Source: Burkholderia diffusa
Lineage (GTDB): Bacteria > Pseudomonadota > Gammaproteobacteria > Burkholderiales > Burkholderiaceae
Assembly: GCF_902499115.1 (NCBI RefSeq)
Contig: NZ_CABVPN010000001.1
Coordinates: 261,866 to 293,865, forward strand
Length of the DNA stretch: 32,000 bases
Reading direction: 5' to 3'
The position numbers and the translations under genes are program-made. The notes under the pieces are model-generated. The model was not told where the DNA came from, did no database searches, and saw only the letters and a list, made by a program, of their open reading frames with translations. This document shows positions 10,848-17,971 of this stretch, piece by piece (positions within the stretch are counted from its first letter, which is position 1; each line of letters opens with the position of its first letter).

Positions 10848-11315
10848 ATGCGCGACTACCCACGGCAAGATATGTACGCGATCACCCACTTTCACAATTT
10901 CATGTCCTTGTACCAAGGACGCTTCGCAACCGCCCTTGCGAAAACCCTCAATACATCGGTGTTCGCAGCAAGTGCCCTCGACATCGCGCTGGCGACAGGT
11001 GCTATCTCACTCGACAAGCTGCATCTGCTGCTAGGATGCAGCCGAGGTCAGGCGATCGGCGGCGCTTTCGATCTGCAGGAACAGGGACTCGCCAAGGACA
11101 TCGAATCCACGAAAAGCCAGAGTGGGGAATACTTCCTCGTTCCCATCGATGAGCGATGCGAGGCCGCCCGGCTCTACCGGACAAAGCTGGAAAAATTGAG
11201 CCGACAGCAGGGCTTGTCTGATGCCTTCGACAAAACGCTGCCCGCTTTACAGGCAATCTTCCTGGAAGCGCTGTCCGCAATGGAAAGCAAACATATCAAT
11301 CAAAGCTCATCCTGA
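10848..11315 (+). CDS. Hypothetical protein (155 aa), possibly winged-helix-like
   Basis: ORF in low-GC island DNA. The segment ISLDKLHLLLGCSRGQAIGGAFDLQEQGLAK loosely resembles an HTH. Start uncertain. Confidence 0.45.
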   Translation: MRDYPRQDMYAITHFHNFMSLYQGRFATALAKTLNTSVFAASALDIALATGAISLDKLHLLLGCSRGQAIGGAFDLQEQGLAKDIESTKSQSGEYFLVPIDERCEAARLYRTKLEKLSRQQGLSDAFDKTLPALQAIFLEALSAMESKHINQSSS

Positions 11316-11909
11316 TACGATCCGTTTGTCCCCGTCGGCACCGTCTTTCCGCGTCATGTTGCGACGCTCGGCCGGGCTTGGAAGTACCGACAGCAGTATC
11401 TTGATGGTGTACAGGATGATTAGAGTGCCTGACAGGTCACCGACGAACATGGCAAAGAATCGTTCGCCAATGTTCGTCGTTTGCCCGCGCAACGCCAACC
11501 AGATGTTAGTCAACAGCGGATTCGCAACGGAAAAGGCAAGGGCTAGGACAAGCAATCGCTTCGGCGTGAGATTGGTCAGCGAGGCATGCAGGCCGTAATG
11601 CTCTCTTGCAAGCCGGTATGTCGCATAGGGAGCAACCGTCGCAATGATGCCACCAGCTATCGAGCGGATCGGATCGTTAGGAAAGAAGTACAGGAAGTCC
11701 ACCAGCCAGCTTGCTACAAGCAGGCCGATAGCGCCATCGCTACCGAGCAGCAATGTCGCAAGAAGCCTGACGCCCGACGGCAAGTAGATCCAGTTCACGC
11801 CACGCACGAACTCCGAATGCGTGAACACCTCTTGATTCACCCAGAGCGAAACAACGAAAACCAAGGCTGTGCCGATGACCGATGCGAACCGTAAGCGCCA
11901 GTTGCTCAT
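11307..11909 (-). CDS. Hypothetical integral membrane protein (~5-6 TM)
   Basis: Internal ATG at 11909 (MSNWRLRFASVIGTALVFVVSLWV...) is preferred over 12017, which would overlap the divergent regulator gene. Multiple hydrophobic helices. Confidence 0.55.
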   Translation of the reverse strand: MSNWRLRFASVIGTALVFVVSLWVNQEVFTHSEFVRGVNWIYLPSGVRLLATLLLGSDGAIGLLVASWLVDFLYFFPNDPIRSIAGGIIATVAPYATYRLAREHYGLHASLTNLTPKRLLVLALAFSVANPLLTNIWLALRGQTTNIGERFFAMFVGDLSGTLIILYTIKILLSVLPSPAERRNMTRKDGADGDKRIVSG

Positions 11910-12010
11910 TGAAGTACAATTCCCCGTTCCGATGTACACCGCCGACGCATCGATCTTCGTTTTCCGTACGGCGGTGTTAGCGTTCTGGTCAACGGAGCGT
12001 CGGACTCGAT

Positions 12011-12358
12011 ATGACACGCCCTGCTGATATCTACCTACGCTTTCTGCAACTTACTGAAGCCCTGCGCGGACTACCGTCGCTACCGGCGCTTGACCCACTC
12101 GAAGAAAAGATCCTTGAGTTCGTTGCTCGCATGACGCAAAAAAACGAGCGTCTCTCCGTACGCGACATGATGGCACAGAGTGATCTCGGTTCGCCGGCAA
12201 CACTGCACGCCCGACTCAAGTCGATGCGTGAAAAAGGCTGGCTCACACTTGGCGACACCGACGACTCGCGGCGCAAACAGATCGAACTCACTCCTGCCGC
12301 CCTAAAGCATTTCGATAAACTCGCCGAAGCGTTCGCCAGAGCCGCCAAGGGTACCTGA
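12011..12358 (+). CDS. MarR-like winged-helix transcriptional regulator (115 aa)
   Basis: LSVRDMMAQSDLGSPATLHARLKSMREKGWLTLGDTDDSRRKQIELTPAA has the HTH, wing and helix pattern of MarR-type proteins. Divergent from the membrane gene. Confidence 0.55.
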   Translation: MTRPADIYLRFLQLTEALRGLPSLPALDPLEEKILEFVARMTQKNERLSVRDMMAQSDLGSPATLHARLKSMREKGWLTLGDTDDSRRKQIELTPAALKHFDKLAEAFARAAKGT

Positions 12359-12369
12359 CTTCCCTCTGG

Positions 12370-12390
12370 ATTGTCGGTTAAACCGACAAT
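12370..12390. repeat. Island palindrome copy b
   Basis: ATTGTCGG-TTAAA-CCGACAAT. Part of a ~61-nt repeat (12353-12413) shared with 13567-13629. Confidence 0.7.
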
Positions 12391-12411
12391 TCGATCCGCC
12401 GCTCCGGAAAT

Positions 12412-12591
12412 TTACCGAACGGGCTTCATAGTGCCGTGACCTCCGCAACGCAAGCAACCGTCGTTGCTGCTCCAATTGTGGTTCGTACAGCGATGATCGC
12501 GGCATCCGACAGCGCCGCATTTCATGCAACGGTAGAGCGTCGCAGAGTGTTGACCTGCCTGATTGGGAATGCGACCTGCGCAACTTGCCAT
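12412..12591 (-). CDS. Small Cys-rich (zinc-ribbon-like) protein, 59 aa
   Basis: ATG at 12591 preceded by GGAGA. MASCAGRIPNQAGQHSATLYRCMKCGAVGCRDHRCTNHNWSSNDGCLRCGGHG contains CxxC...C...C...CxxC. Confidence 0.5.
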   Translation of the reverse strand: MASCAGRIPNQAGQHSATLYRCMKCGAVGCRDHRCTNHNWSSNDGCLRCGGHGTMKPVR

Positions 12592-12613
12592 GAGATTTTT
12601 CTCCGTAGGTTTT

Positions 12614-12856
12614 CTATACGTTCGTGACCCTGAATAGGCCTGCTTTGTCCGACGGCGCAAACCGGGCAATGCCGTTGCGCCGATTGAATAGTTGGACTGC
12701 TTTCTCAAAATACTGCTGATCGGTCAGCCGGTGCATGTCCTGTCCGAGCGACCAGCCGTTACCGAGTACGTGCGCCAGTTCCGGCCTGTTGTCATGCCTG
12801 AACGCAAGAGCAAACCGGCGACGTGCTTCTATCTGAGCAAAATTCGGGCGGCTCAT
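12614..12856 (-). CDS. Hypothetical protein, 80 aa
   Basis: Its ATG overlaps the recombinase stop (TGATG on the minus strand), suggesting translational coupling. No motif recognised. Confidence 0.5.
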   Translation of the reverse strand: MSRPNFAQIEARRRFALAFRHDNRPELAHVLGNGWSLGQDMHRLTDQQYFEKAVQLFNRRNGIARFAPSDKAGLFRVTNV

Positions 12857-13422
12857 CACACAAGATCCACGGCCTTGCGCTGCATGTCGTCGTTGACGTC
12901 GATGTATCGCTGCGTTGTCGAGATATCTCGATGTCCAGCAAGCGACATCAACACTCGCACGCCGACGCCCTTGCTTGCCAGATTCGTGATGAACGAGCGT
13001 CGGCCAGAATGGCTGCTTGCGCCTTGAATGCCCGCTTCCTTGTAGAGCCAGTGGAAGTACTGGCAGAGCGTGTTGGCCGTGAATCCGGCCCGCTTCTGCG
13101 TATAGAACAGCGGTTGTTCCGGTCGCGGATTCTTCAGGCTCGCAACATACGCGGCCAGCTCACGCCGCAATTTCTGCCCGAGGAAAACCGTGCGCGCATG
13201 TCGGCCCTTGGTCTGTTCTGGGGCAAGCCGGATTTCTGACTTGATCGAGCCATCCGTATCGAGCACGTCGCCCACGAACAGCGCGGCGACTTCTCCAACA
13301 CGCATGCCCGCCCAATGCGTCAGCAGCACCATCACTCGATTACGCAGCGCGTGACGTCGCAACGAGATATAGGTCAGTACCTGCTTGAGTTCCTTTTCCG
13401 TAAATGTCTTGGCCTGCTTCAT
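12856..13422 (-). CDS. Short tyrosine recombinase, catalytic domain only (188 aa, FimB/FimE-sized)
   Basis: ATG at 13422 after AGGGG. Full catalytic set: AGMRVGE (Arg), TKGRHART (Lys), HSGRRSF (His-x-x-Arg), LAGHRD (His), TTQRYIDV (Tyr). No N-terminal core-binding domain and no room for one before palindrome c. Confidence 0.8.
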   Translation of the reverse strand: MKQAKTFTEKELKQVLTYISLRRHALRNRVMVLLTHWAGMRVGEVAALFVGDVLDTDGSIKSEIRLAPEQTKGRHARTVFLGQKLRRELAAYVASLKNPRPEQPLFYTQKRAGFTANTLCQYFHWLYKEAGIQGASSHSGRRSFITNLASKGVGVRVLMSLAGHRDISTTQRYIDVNDDMQRKAVDLV

Positions 13423-13585
13423 TTCGCCCCTGAACAAATAAAAACCACGCCCAGAGGATGTATTCTTTAGTTATACGTATCAACAAATGAATGACACCGC
13501 GCAGATACCAGAGGAAACAAGCACTTGCGCAACAACCAAAGGTTTTAGCAAAAACCTTTAATTTCGACCTGATGCCGAAATGGAA

Positions 13586-13602
13586 TGTCGGTTAAACCGA
13601 CA
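13586..13602. repeat. Island palindrome copy c
   Basis: TGTCGG-TTAAA-CCGACA, with the same spacer and spacer orientation as copy b. Confidence 0.7.
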
Positions 13603-13904
13603 AGTGCGAGTGCGCTGCTGCGGAAATTTCTTGCTAACAACGCCGTTGAAGTGGAAACGGAAGTAAGGGGGAAGTGAAAAAGTAACAAATGTGATGTCGT
13701 CTGGCTATTTCTTATCGTATGTCCTACTCGACATTTGCTCTTCGCATTGCATCACATGTAGATATCTGTAATTTCTTCGAGCAGTTCTTCATCGGAATCT
13801 ATAACCGTAGTAAATCATTAAAGAGCCTCGCATGCTGAAGCTCTTCGTGTTGAAAGCTGCGAGGACATTTAGTCATCACGCAGCTAGGCGTTTCTGTCGG
13901 AACT

Positions 13905-14408
13905 TTATTCTTCGGGTATGTGGACGTTATCGTAGTCCACGTTGTCGGCGTCGCCTATGCCGACTTCTTTGGTGATGTAGTCGATCCAGCCTTCCGAGGT
14001 CAGAGATTGAATGTCGATCTGAACATTGCCGAAGTCTGTTTTAAGCCATGCGGTACGGATTGCACTGTCGATCAGTGCTTCGTCGGCACCTACGCGGAAA
14101 TTTCCGATCATACAGTGATAGTGCAGTTGCTTATTCGTTGCAAGACCTTCCAGAACAGGGATCACATGAACACTTGCACCGAATCGCTTGGCGGCGTTGC
14201 CGTACACGATGGAGTTCAGGCATTGAATAAATTGTCGGAAATTCTCTTTCGCCTCGATTTCCGTCAGATACCTTTGCATGAGCCCCTTGGGACCCATATA
14301 TTCGCAACGAGACTTCATCGTAAGCGTGACCGCATGAGTGAAATTAGATGCATGCTTACACATCCAATCCTGCGTCTCTTGCCTTAGTTTTTCGTTTTTG
14401 TTTGTCAT
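13905..14408 (-). CDS. HUH-motif Rep-like (rolling-circle initiator / inovirus Gp2-like) protein, 167 aa
   Basis: Three motifs in canonical order and spacing: FTHAVTLTM (motif 1, FxTLT-like), QLHYHCMIG (HUH), WIDYITKE (YxxK). Confidence 0.45.
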   Translation of the reverse strand: MTNKNEKLRQETQDWMCKHASNFTHAVTLTMKSRCEYMGPKGLMQRYLTEIEAKENFRQFIQCLNSIVYGNAAKRFGASVHVIPVLEGLATNKQLHYHCMIGNFRVGADEALIDSAIRTAWLKTDFGNVQIDIQSLTSEGWIDYITKEVGIGDADNVDYDNVHIPEE

Positions 14409-14521
14409 AGCCGTATTTATTTCAGCCAGGACAAAACAGCCTATATAACGTCGAAATTATGTTGATTTCACCAGTGGCCGAATACATCCTCCTCTGTATC
14501 GAAACGACATATGAGGCATAC

Positions 14522-14968
14522 ATGAGCGTAATTGCAAATCTGAAGATCGTCGCCGCTAAGCGTCCCGGCGCACTGCCGCAGATCGTACAGCGTCGTAACC
14601 GGCTGATCGCTCAAATCTGGGAACAGACGGAACTGGCGAAGGCTCAACAGGCCGGAACGTCGTTTACACCGACGAAGTTTCGCTCAGTTAAGGATGCCGA
14701 AACCGGCGAACGGCGTAACGTGGAAGTGCAGAAGCGCATTCGTGCTTGGTGGTGGACCGCAGAGAACGGCCGCGTCCACATGTTCGTCAAGTACGGTGCT
14801 AAGACGCTGGAACTTGCCAAGGGCAAGACGGCCATCGAGATCGGTGTTCTGGAAGACCTGATTCCGACGCTCGACACACTCAAGGCGGCAGTTACCGCCG
14901 GCGAACTCGATGCTCAGATCGAGGCTGCCAGTGGCCAGATGCGCTCAGGGTTTGTTAGCAAGAAGTGA
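14522..14968 (+). CDS. Conserved island-type hypothetical protein (148 aa)
   Basis: ATG at 14522 after GAGG. MSVIANLKIVAAKRPGALPQIVQRRNRL...RIRAWWWTAENGRVHMFVKYGAKTLELAKGK recalls, from memory only, proteins common on proteobacterial islands and ICEs. Confidence 0.6.
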   Translation: MSVIANLKIVAAKRPGALPQIVQRRNRLIAQIWEQTELAKAQQAGTSFTPTKFRSVKDAETGERRNVEVQKRIRAWWWTAENGRVHMFVKYGAKTLELAKGKTAIEIGVLEDLIPTLDTLKAAVTAGELDAQIEAASGQMRSGFVSKK

Positions 14969-14975
14969 AGTGCCT

Positions 14976-15000
14976 GGCAGGTCCGAACTTCGGACCTGCC
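14976..15000. terminator. Bidirectional hairpin between convergent genes
   Basis: GGCAGGTCCG-AACTT-CGGACCTGCC between the stops at 14968 (+) and 15010 (-). Confidence 0.5.
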
Positions 15001-15009
15001 ATTAATCAC

Positions 15010-15786
15010 TTATCGGTCTGTCGCAGGCTCTTGATACATTTTAAATCCCTCGACATGCTTGAGATCGAGCCGCCTGAATCGCATCAATCCCCCTTGAGAT
15101 GTTGGCCAAACACCTTTTATATCTGGCGAAACATGCACGGCATTTACACCGCCGCTGAGTTTTGTCGCATCCCACACACATGAACCGATGGCTTTAGGTT
15201 GATAGTTGCCGGGCACGCCTACTAAGGTGATCATCGCTTTACTCATCGCCAGTCCAACCCCAAGGGAAATTTCTGGCAGATTGTAGCGTTCCGCGATTGC
15301 GTCATTAATCAGCGTCCTCATACCACCGATACAGTCTTTCGCGGCACGGTATGCGAGCCGAACAGAACTTTCCCTATCGTCCTTGTCTACACTGAACAAT
15401 ACCAATCCGCCATCACCTAAATATTCTGTAACCATGCCATCTTTGAAGCCGCAGGTAACGGCGACAGCTGGGAGAAGTGCTGACGTTTCGTAGTAAACCC
15501 GTTGTAGCCCATTGACTTTCGCATTTTTTATATGCGTCTTGAGTCGTTGGGTGGATCCACGCATGTCAATTACCAGCGCGATAAACTCATCGACTTGCGG
15601 ATGATCTGCCGACACAACCCGATAACCCGGGATGTTTGAGTCGGCGCTGTCGGCAGCGTATGACTCCATTGACTTTTGTAGCCGTGCCTCTACCAACAAA
15701 TGCCCGACTTTTCTCCAATTGGACTCGGCACGATCGAGGCCTTGCTCGATCGCGGCACGCACCTTCGCAGTCTCATTATTGTTCAT
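15010..15786 (-). CDS. pycC: Class III nucleotidyl cyclase, Pycsar PycC-like
   Basis: Start ATG 15786 overlaps the upstream gene's stop (ATGA). Cyclase metal-binding motifs LVIDMRGSTQR and EYLGDGGLVLF. About 258 aa, single domain, paired with a cNMP-binding effector. Confidence 0.75.
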   Translation of the reverse strand: MNNNETAKVRAAIEQGLDRAESNWRKVGHLLVEARLQKSMESYAADSADSNIPGYRVVSADHPQVDEFIALVIDMRGSTQRLKTHIKNAKVNGLQRVYYETSALLPAVAVTCGFKDGMVTEYLGDGGLVLFSVDKDDRESSVRLAYRAAKDCIGGMRTLINDAIAERYNLPEISLGVGLAMSKAMITLVGVPGNYQPKAIGSCVWDATKLSGGVNAVHVSPDIKGVWPTSQGGLMRFRRLDLKHVEGFKMYQEPATDR

Positions 15787-16691
15787 CGATTTACTTTCGC
15801 GATGTGCGCGCGAACCTTCTTCCATGCTGCTGCCATATCGCGGTTCGGGGCATCATCGGATAGCTTTGCTGGATAGTCGATGGTTGTTACGCCAGCAAGA
15901 TCGCTCGGCAGCTTTATAGCTACGCCCTTCGGCTTCATCAAAATGGTTCGGCGGCGGCCAAGCCGTCCCATGAATAACCCAAGCTCGAATATGACGTTGT
16001 CTCGTGGGCTCGGGCTCCTCCCCTTGCGAGATGTTGTCAGATCATCATCTTGTGCGATTGCAATAGCAAAATCGGCCGTTTCAAGATGCTGTTCGAGGTC
16101 TTCGAGTGGATAACTGCTCACTCCAAAAACGTTGTCAGGCCAGTTCCAGAATCTGATATTTTCCTCATGCTCAAATGCAAGGACACCTGTTTCGGCGACC
16201 GGCAGAGCTTCAACTGAGGAAATCGCAAATACGTTTACCTTTTGATCTGCGCGGGCAAGTGCCTTGTTGCGTCGTTCCAAGCGACGCGCTAGCTCAGTAG
16301 CAATATGCTTGTATATCCGAGGAAATTGATCAGCCAACTCTATAAACTGAGACTCTGAGAGTTTGGCCGCCACAACAGTGCCATCGGCGACTACAGTTGC
16401 GGATCGCGGTAACGCTTCGATTGCGGCCATTTCACCCACGTGTCTACCCGCATCAACGCGATCAACCTCTTTCTTACCTACGACGATCTTCGTGCCACCG
16501 GTCAATAACAAGTAAACGTCGCTTGACTGATCACCCTGCACGATCAGCCTCTCGCCATCACGAAACTCGACAAGCTCACAGGTATCGGCCAGCCGCTCCG
16601 GCAAGCCGGGAATGTCCCGGCAAACTCCCTGCATTCCAAGCGCCTCAATGAGATTTTGACGACGCGCCTCTCCCTCGAACCTTTCTTTCAT
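15783..16691 (-). CDS. pycTIR: cNMP-binding domain fused to a TIR-like (CAP12/PycTIR-type) effector domain
   Basis: N-terminal cyclic-nucleotide-binding fold with phosphate-binding cassette GEMAAIEALPRSATVVA. C-terminal half has FAIAIAQDDDL...RDNVIFELGLFMGRLGRRRTILM...LPSDLAGV, typical of bacterial TIR-like NADase effectors. ATG at 16691; GTG at 16697 is also possible. Confidence 0.75.
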   Translation of the reverse strand: MKERFEGEARRQNLIEALGMQGVCRDIPGLPERLADTCELVEFRDGERLIVQGDQSSDVYLLLTGGTKIVVGKKEVDRVDAGRHVGEMAAIEALPRSATVVADGTVVAAKLSESQFIELADQFPRIYKHIATELARRLERRNKALARADQKVNVFAISSVEALPVAETGVLAFEHEENIRFWNWPDNVFGVSSYPLEDLEQHLETADFAIAIAQDDDLTTSRKGRSPSPRDNVIFELGLFMGRLGRRRTILMKPKGVAIKLPSDLAGVTTIDYPAKLSDDAPNRDMAAAWKKVRAHIAKVNR

Positions 16692-16826
16692 TATCACCCC
16701 GTTGCGTATAGCGAAATTTTCGTTCTTCGGCTAGCCAATGTACAACTGCAACTACGCTTCGTTAATTTGCAAGTATCGCGCATGGTGGATCACTCACGAT
16801 CGCCTCCCATATAAATACTCGCGCCA

Positions 16827-17030
16827 ATGACGGAGACAATGTCCATGCGATACCACGAAATCCTAGCTCGATCCGGTCTGTATGAAGTTGCAGACCTTGA
16901 ACAACAGCGCATCAAAGCGCAGCAGCAGGCTGCCAAGCGACAGACCGCCACCGCCAAGCGTGCGGACCTGACACACCGAATAGATAAGCTGAGGAAACAG
17001 CTTTCCGACCTCAACGCCAAGCCGATTTGA
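16827..17030 (+). CDS. Small coiled-coil protein (61-67 aa)
   Basis: ORF divergent from pycTIR. The best RBS (GGAGA) fits the third ATG at 16845. Q/K/A-rich heptad-like sequence. Its last codons lie inside a repeat shared with 18976-19020. Confidence 0.4.
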   Translation: MTETMSMRYHEILARSGLYEVADLEQQRIKAQQQAAKRQTATAKRADLTHRIDKLRKQLSDLNAKPI

Positions 17031-17042
17031 TCAGCCCTTGGT

Positions 17043-17065
17043 AAATGTCGGTCGACCCGACATTT
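17043..17065. repeat. Island palindrome copy d
   Basis: AAATGTCGG-TCGAC-CCGACATTT between convergent genes. Could also act as a bidirectional terminator. Confidence 0.65.
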
Positions 17066-17104
17066 GCAGTGAGCAAGAGCCGAGACTAAAGCCGAGGCAC
17101 TCGC

Positions 17105-17941
17105 TCACACTCCATTTCTCGCCGACTTGATGTCGAGGAGGTTGATTTGATCGATCTTGTCCTTGTGAATGACGATGGTCAATTTTGCCGGATACTTAAA
17201 TCGCATCTCGCTGATTCTGAATGTCCACAGCATTATTTTCAGCAAATCTTCATCGCCAATGTTCTTGTGACCTTTGATTCGCGTAATTCCCGACCCAAAG
17301 ACAGTGGTCGAAACGCTCTTTTGAGCGTACACATTGTTCACTTTATCCCAAAAATTTATCAAAAACTCCAGGTACTCCGGCATCGTCAGCAATGCCCTGT
17401 TGTTTTCATCGAACTTAGAGAATGCAGTAAGAAGATAATCCTTATAAAGACAAACTGTCCCGATTTGATATCGCCTCTTTTTACCCAGCTTTCTGGCCTC
17501 GTTACTTCCCACCACCTCACTGAGATCGAAAGCATAATTATCTATATAGTGATCCAATTCTGAGACAGGCGTACCGAGATGCTTCTGAATGAAGATACCG
17601 TTGAGGGACTTTTCGCCAATTATTTTATTGTCTACTAAAGTATCGAAGTACTCATTGAAAGCAATTGCTTTCAATCCCGATTCCTGAAATATATCGCCAA
17701 CCTTGACAGTGACATTACTTCCCTCTACGTCTATGTCGATGCTATTCAGATTGTTCGACCAAACCCACAGCGCCACGTAAATTACGGCTAACAACGCGAG
17801 GAAGATCCAACCACCGCGCAATTTCCAGTTAGCAGGAATATCAACAAATAGCACGACCACTGATAATGCACTGCCGATTACGGACGTGCTTCCAAGGAAT
17901 TTTTTGACAATTCGCTTATCAAAGAAACTTACCTTTGCCAT
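17105..17941 (-). CDS. thsA: Thoeris type II ThsA-like effector: 2 TM helices plus Macro-like domain
   Basis: N-terminal hydrophobic helices (LGSTSVIGSALSVVVLFVDI; GGWIFLALLAVIYVALWVW). These are followed by VKVGDIFQESGLKAIAFNEYFDTLVDNKIIGEKSLNGIF, which matches my recollection of the ThsA Macro family. Lies directly downstream of a TIR gene. Confidence 0.65.
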   Translation of the reverse strand: MAKVSFFDKRIVKKFLGSTSVIGSALSVVVLFVDIPANWKLRGGWIFLALLAVIYVALWVWSNNLNSIDIDVEGSNVTVKVGDIFQESGLKAIAFNEYFDTLVDNKIIGEKSLNGIFIQKHLGTPVSELDHYIDNYAFDLSEVVGSNEARKLGKKRRYQIGTVCLYKDYLLTAFSKFDENNRALLTMPEYLEFLINFWDKVNNVYAQKSVSTTVFGSGITRIKGHKNIGDEDLLKIMLWTFRISEMRFKYPAKLTIVIHKDKIDQINLLDIKSARNGV

Positions 17942-17971
17942 AGAGTTCGAAACTCGCTCGGGTGTTATTTT

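Noticed and set aside
12592-12708. Longer 98-aa version of the Cys-rich ORF.
   Set aside because: It would overlap the upstream 80-aa gene, and its extension is basic junk. The internal ATG at 12591 has a GGAGA RBS.
12370-13602. Integron attC interpretation of the palindromes. The centre of copies b and c contains GTTAAAC, which fits GTTRRRY, and its complement fits RYYYAAC.
   Set aside because: The sites are 16-25 bp rather than the longer imperfect attC structures, and only two of six copies contain that heptamer. The nearby recombinase is 188 aa and cannot be an IntI-type integrase with its extra domain. I keep a novel cassette system as a hypothesis, not a classical integron.
15787-15825. 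Longer PycC start at 15825 (271 aa), overlapping pycTIR by 43 nt.
   Set aside because: The ATG at 15786 forms a canonical ATGA stop-start overlap with the upstream gene. The extra 13 residues add nothing recognisable.
17043-17065. Treating the palindromes as ordinary rho-independent terminators.
   Set aside because: Copies d, b and a do sit after gene ends and may terminate transcription. However, six terminators sharing the same TGTCGG/CCGACA arms, two pairs with extended flanking homology, and one copy (f) not following any gene all argue for a repeat family. The two roles are not mutually exclusive.
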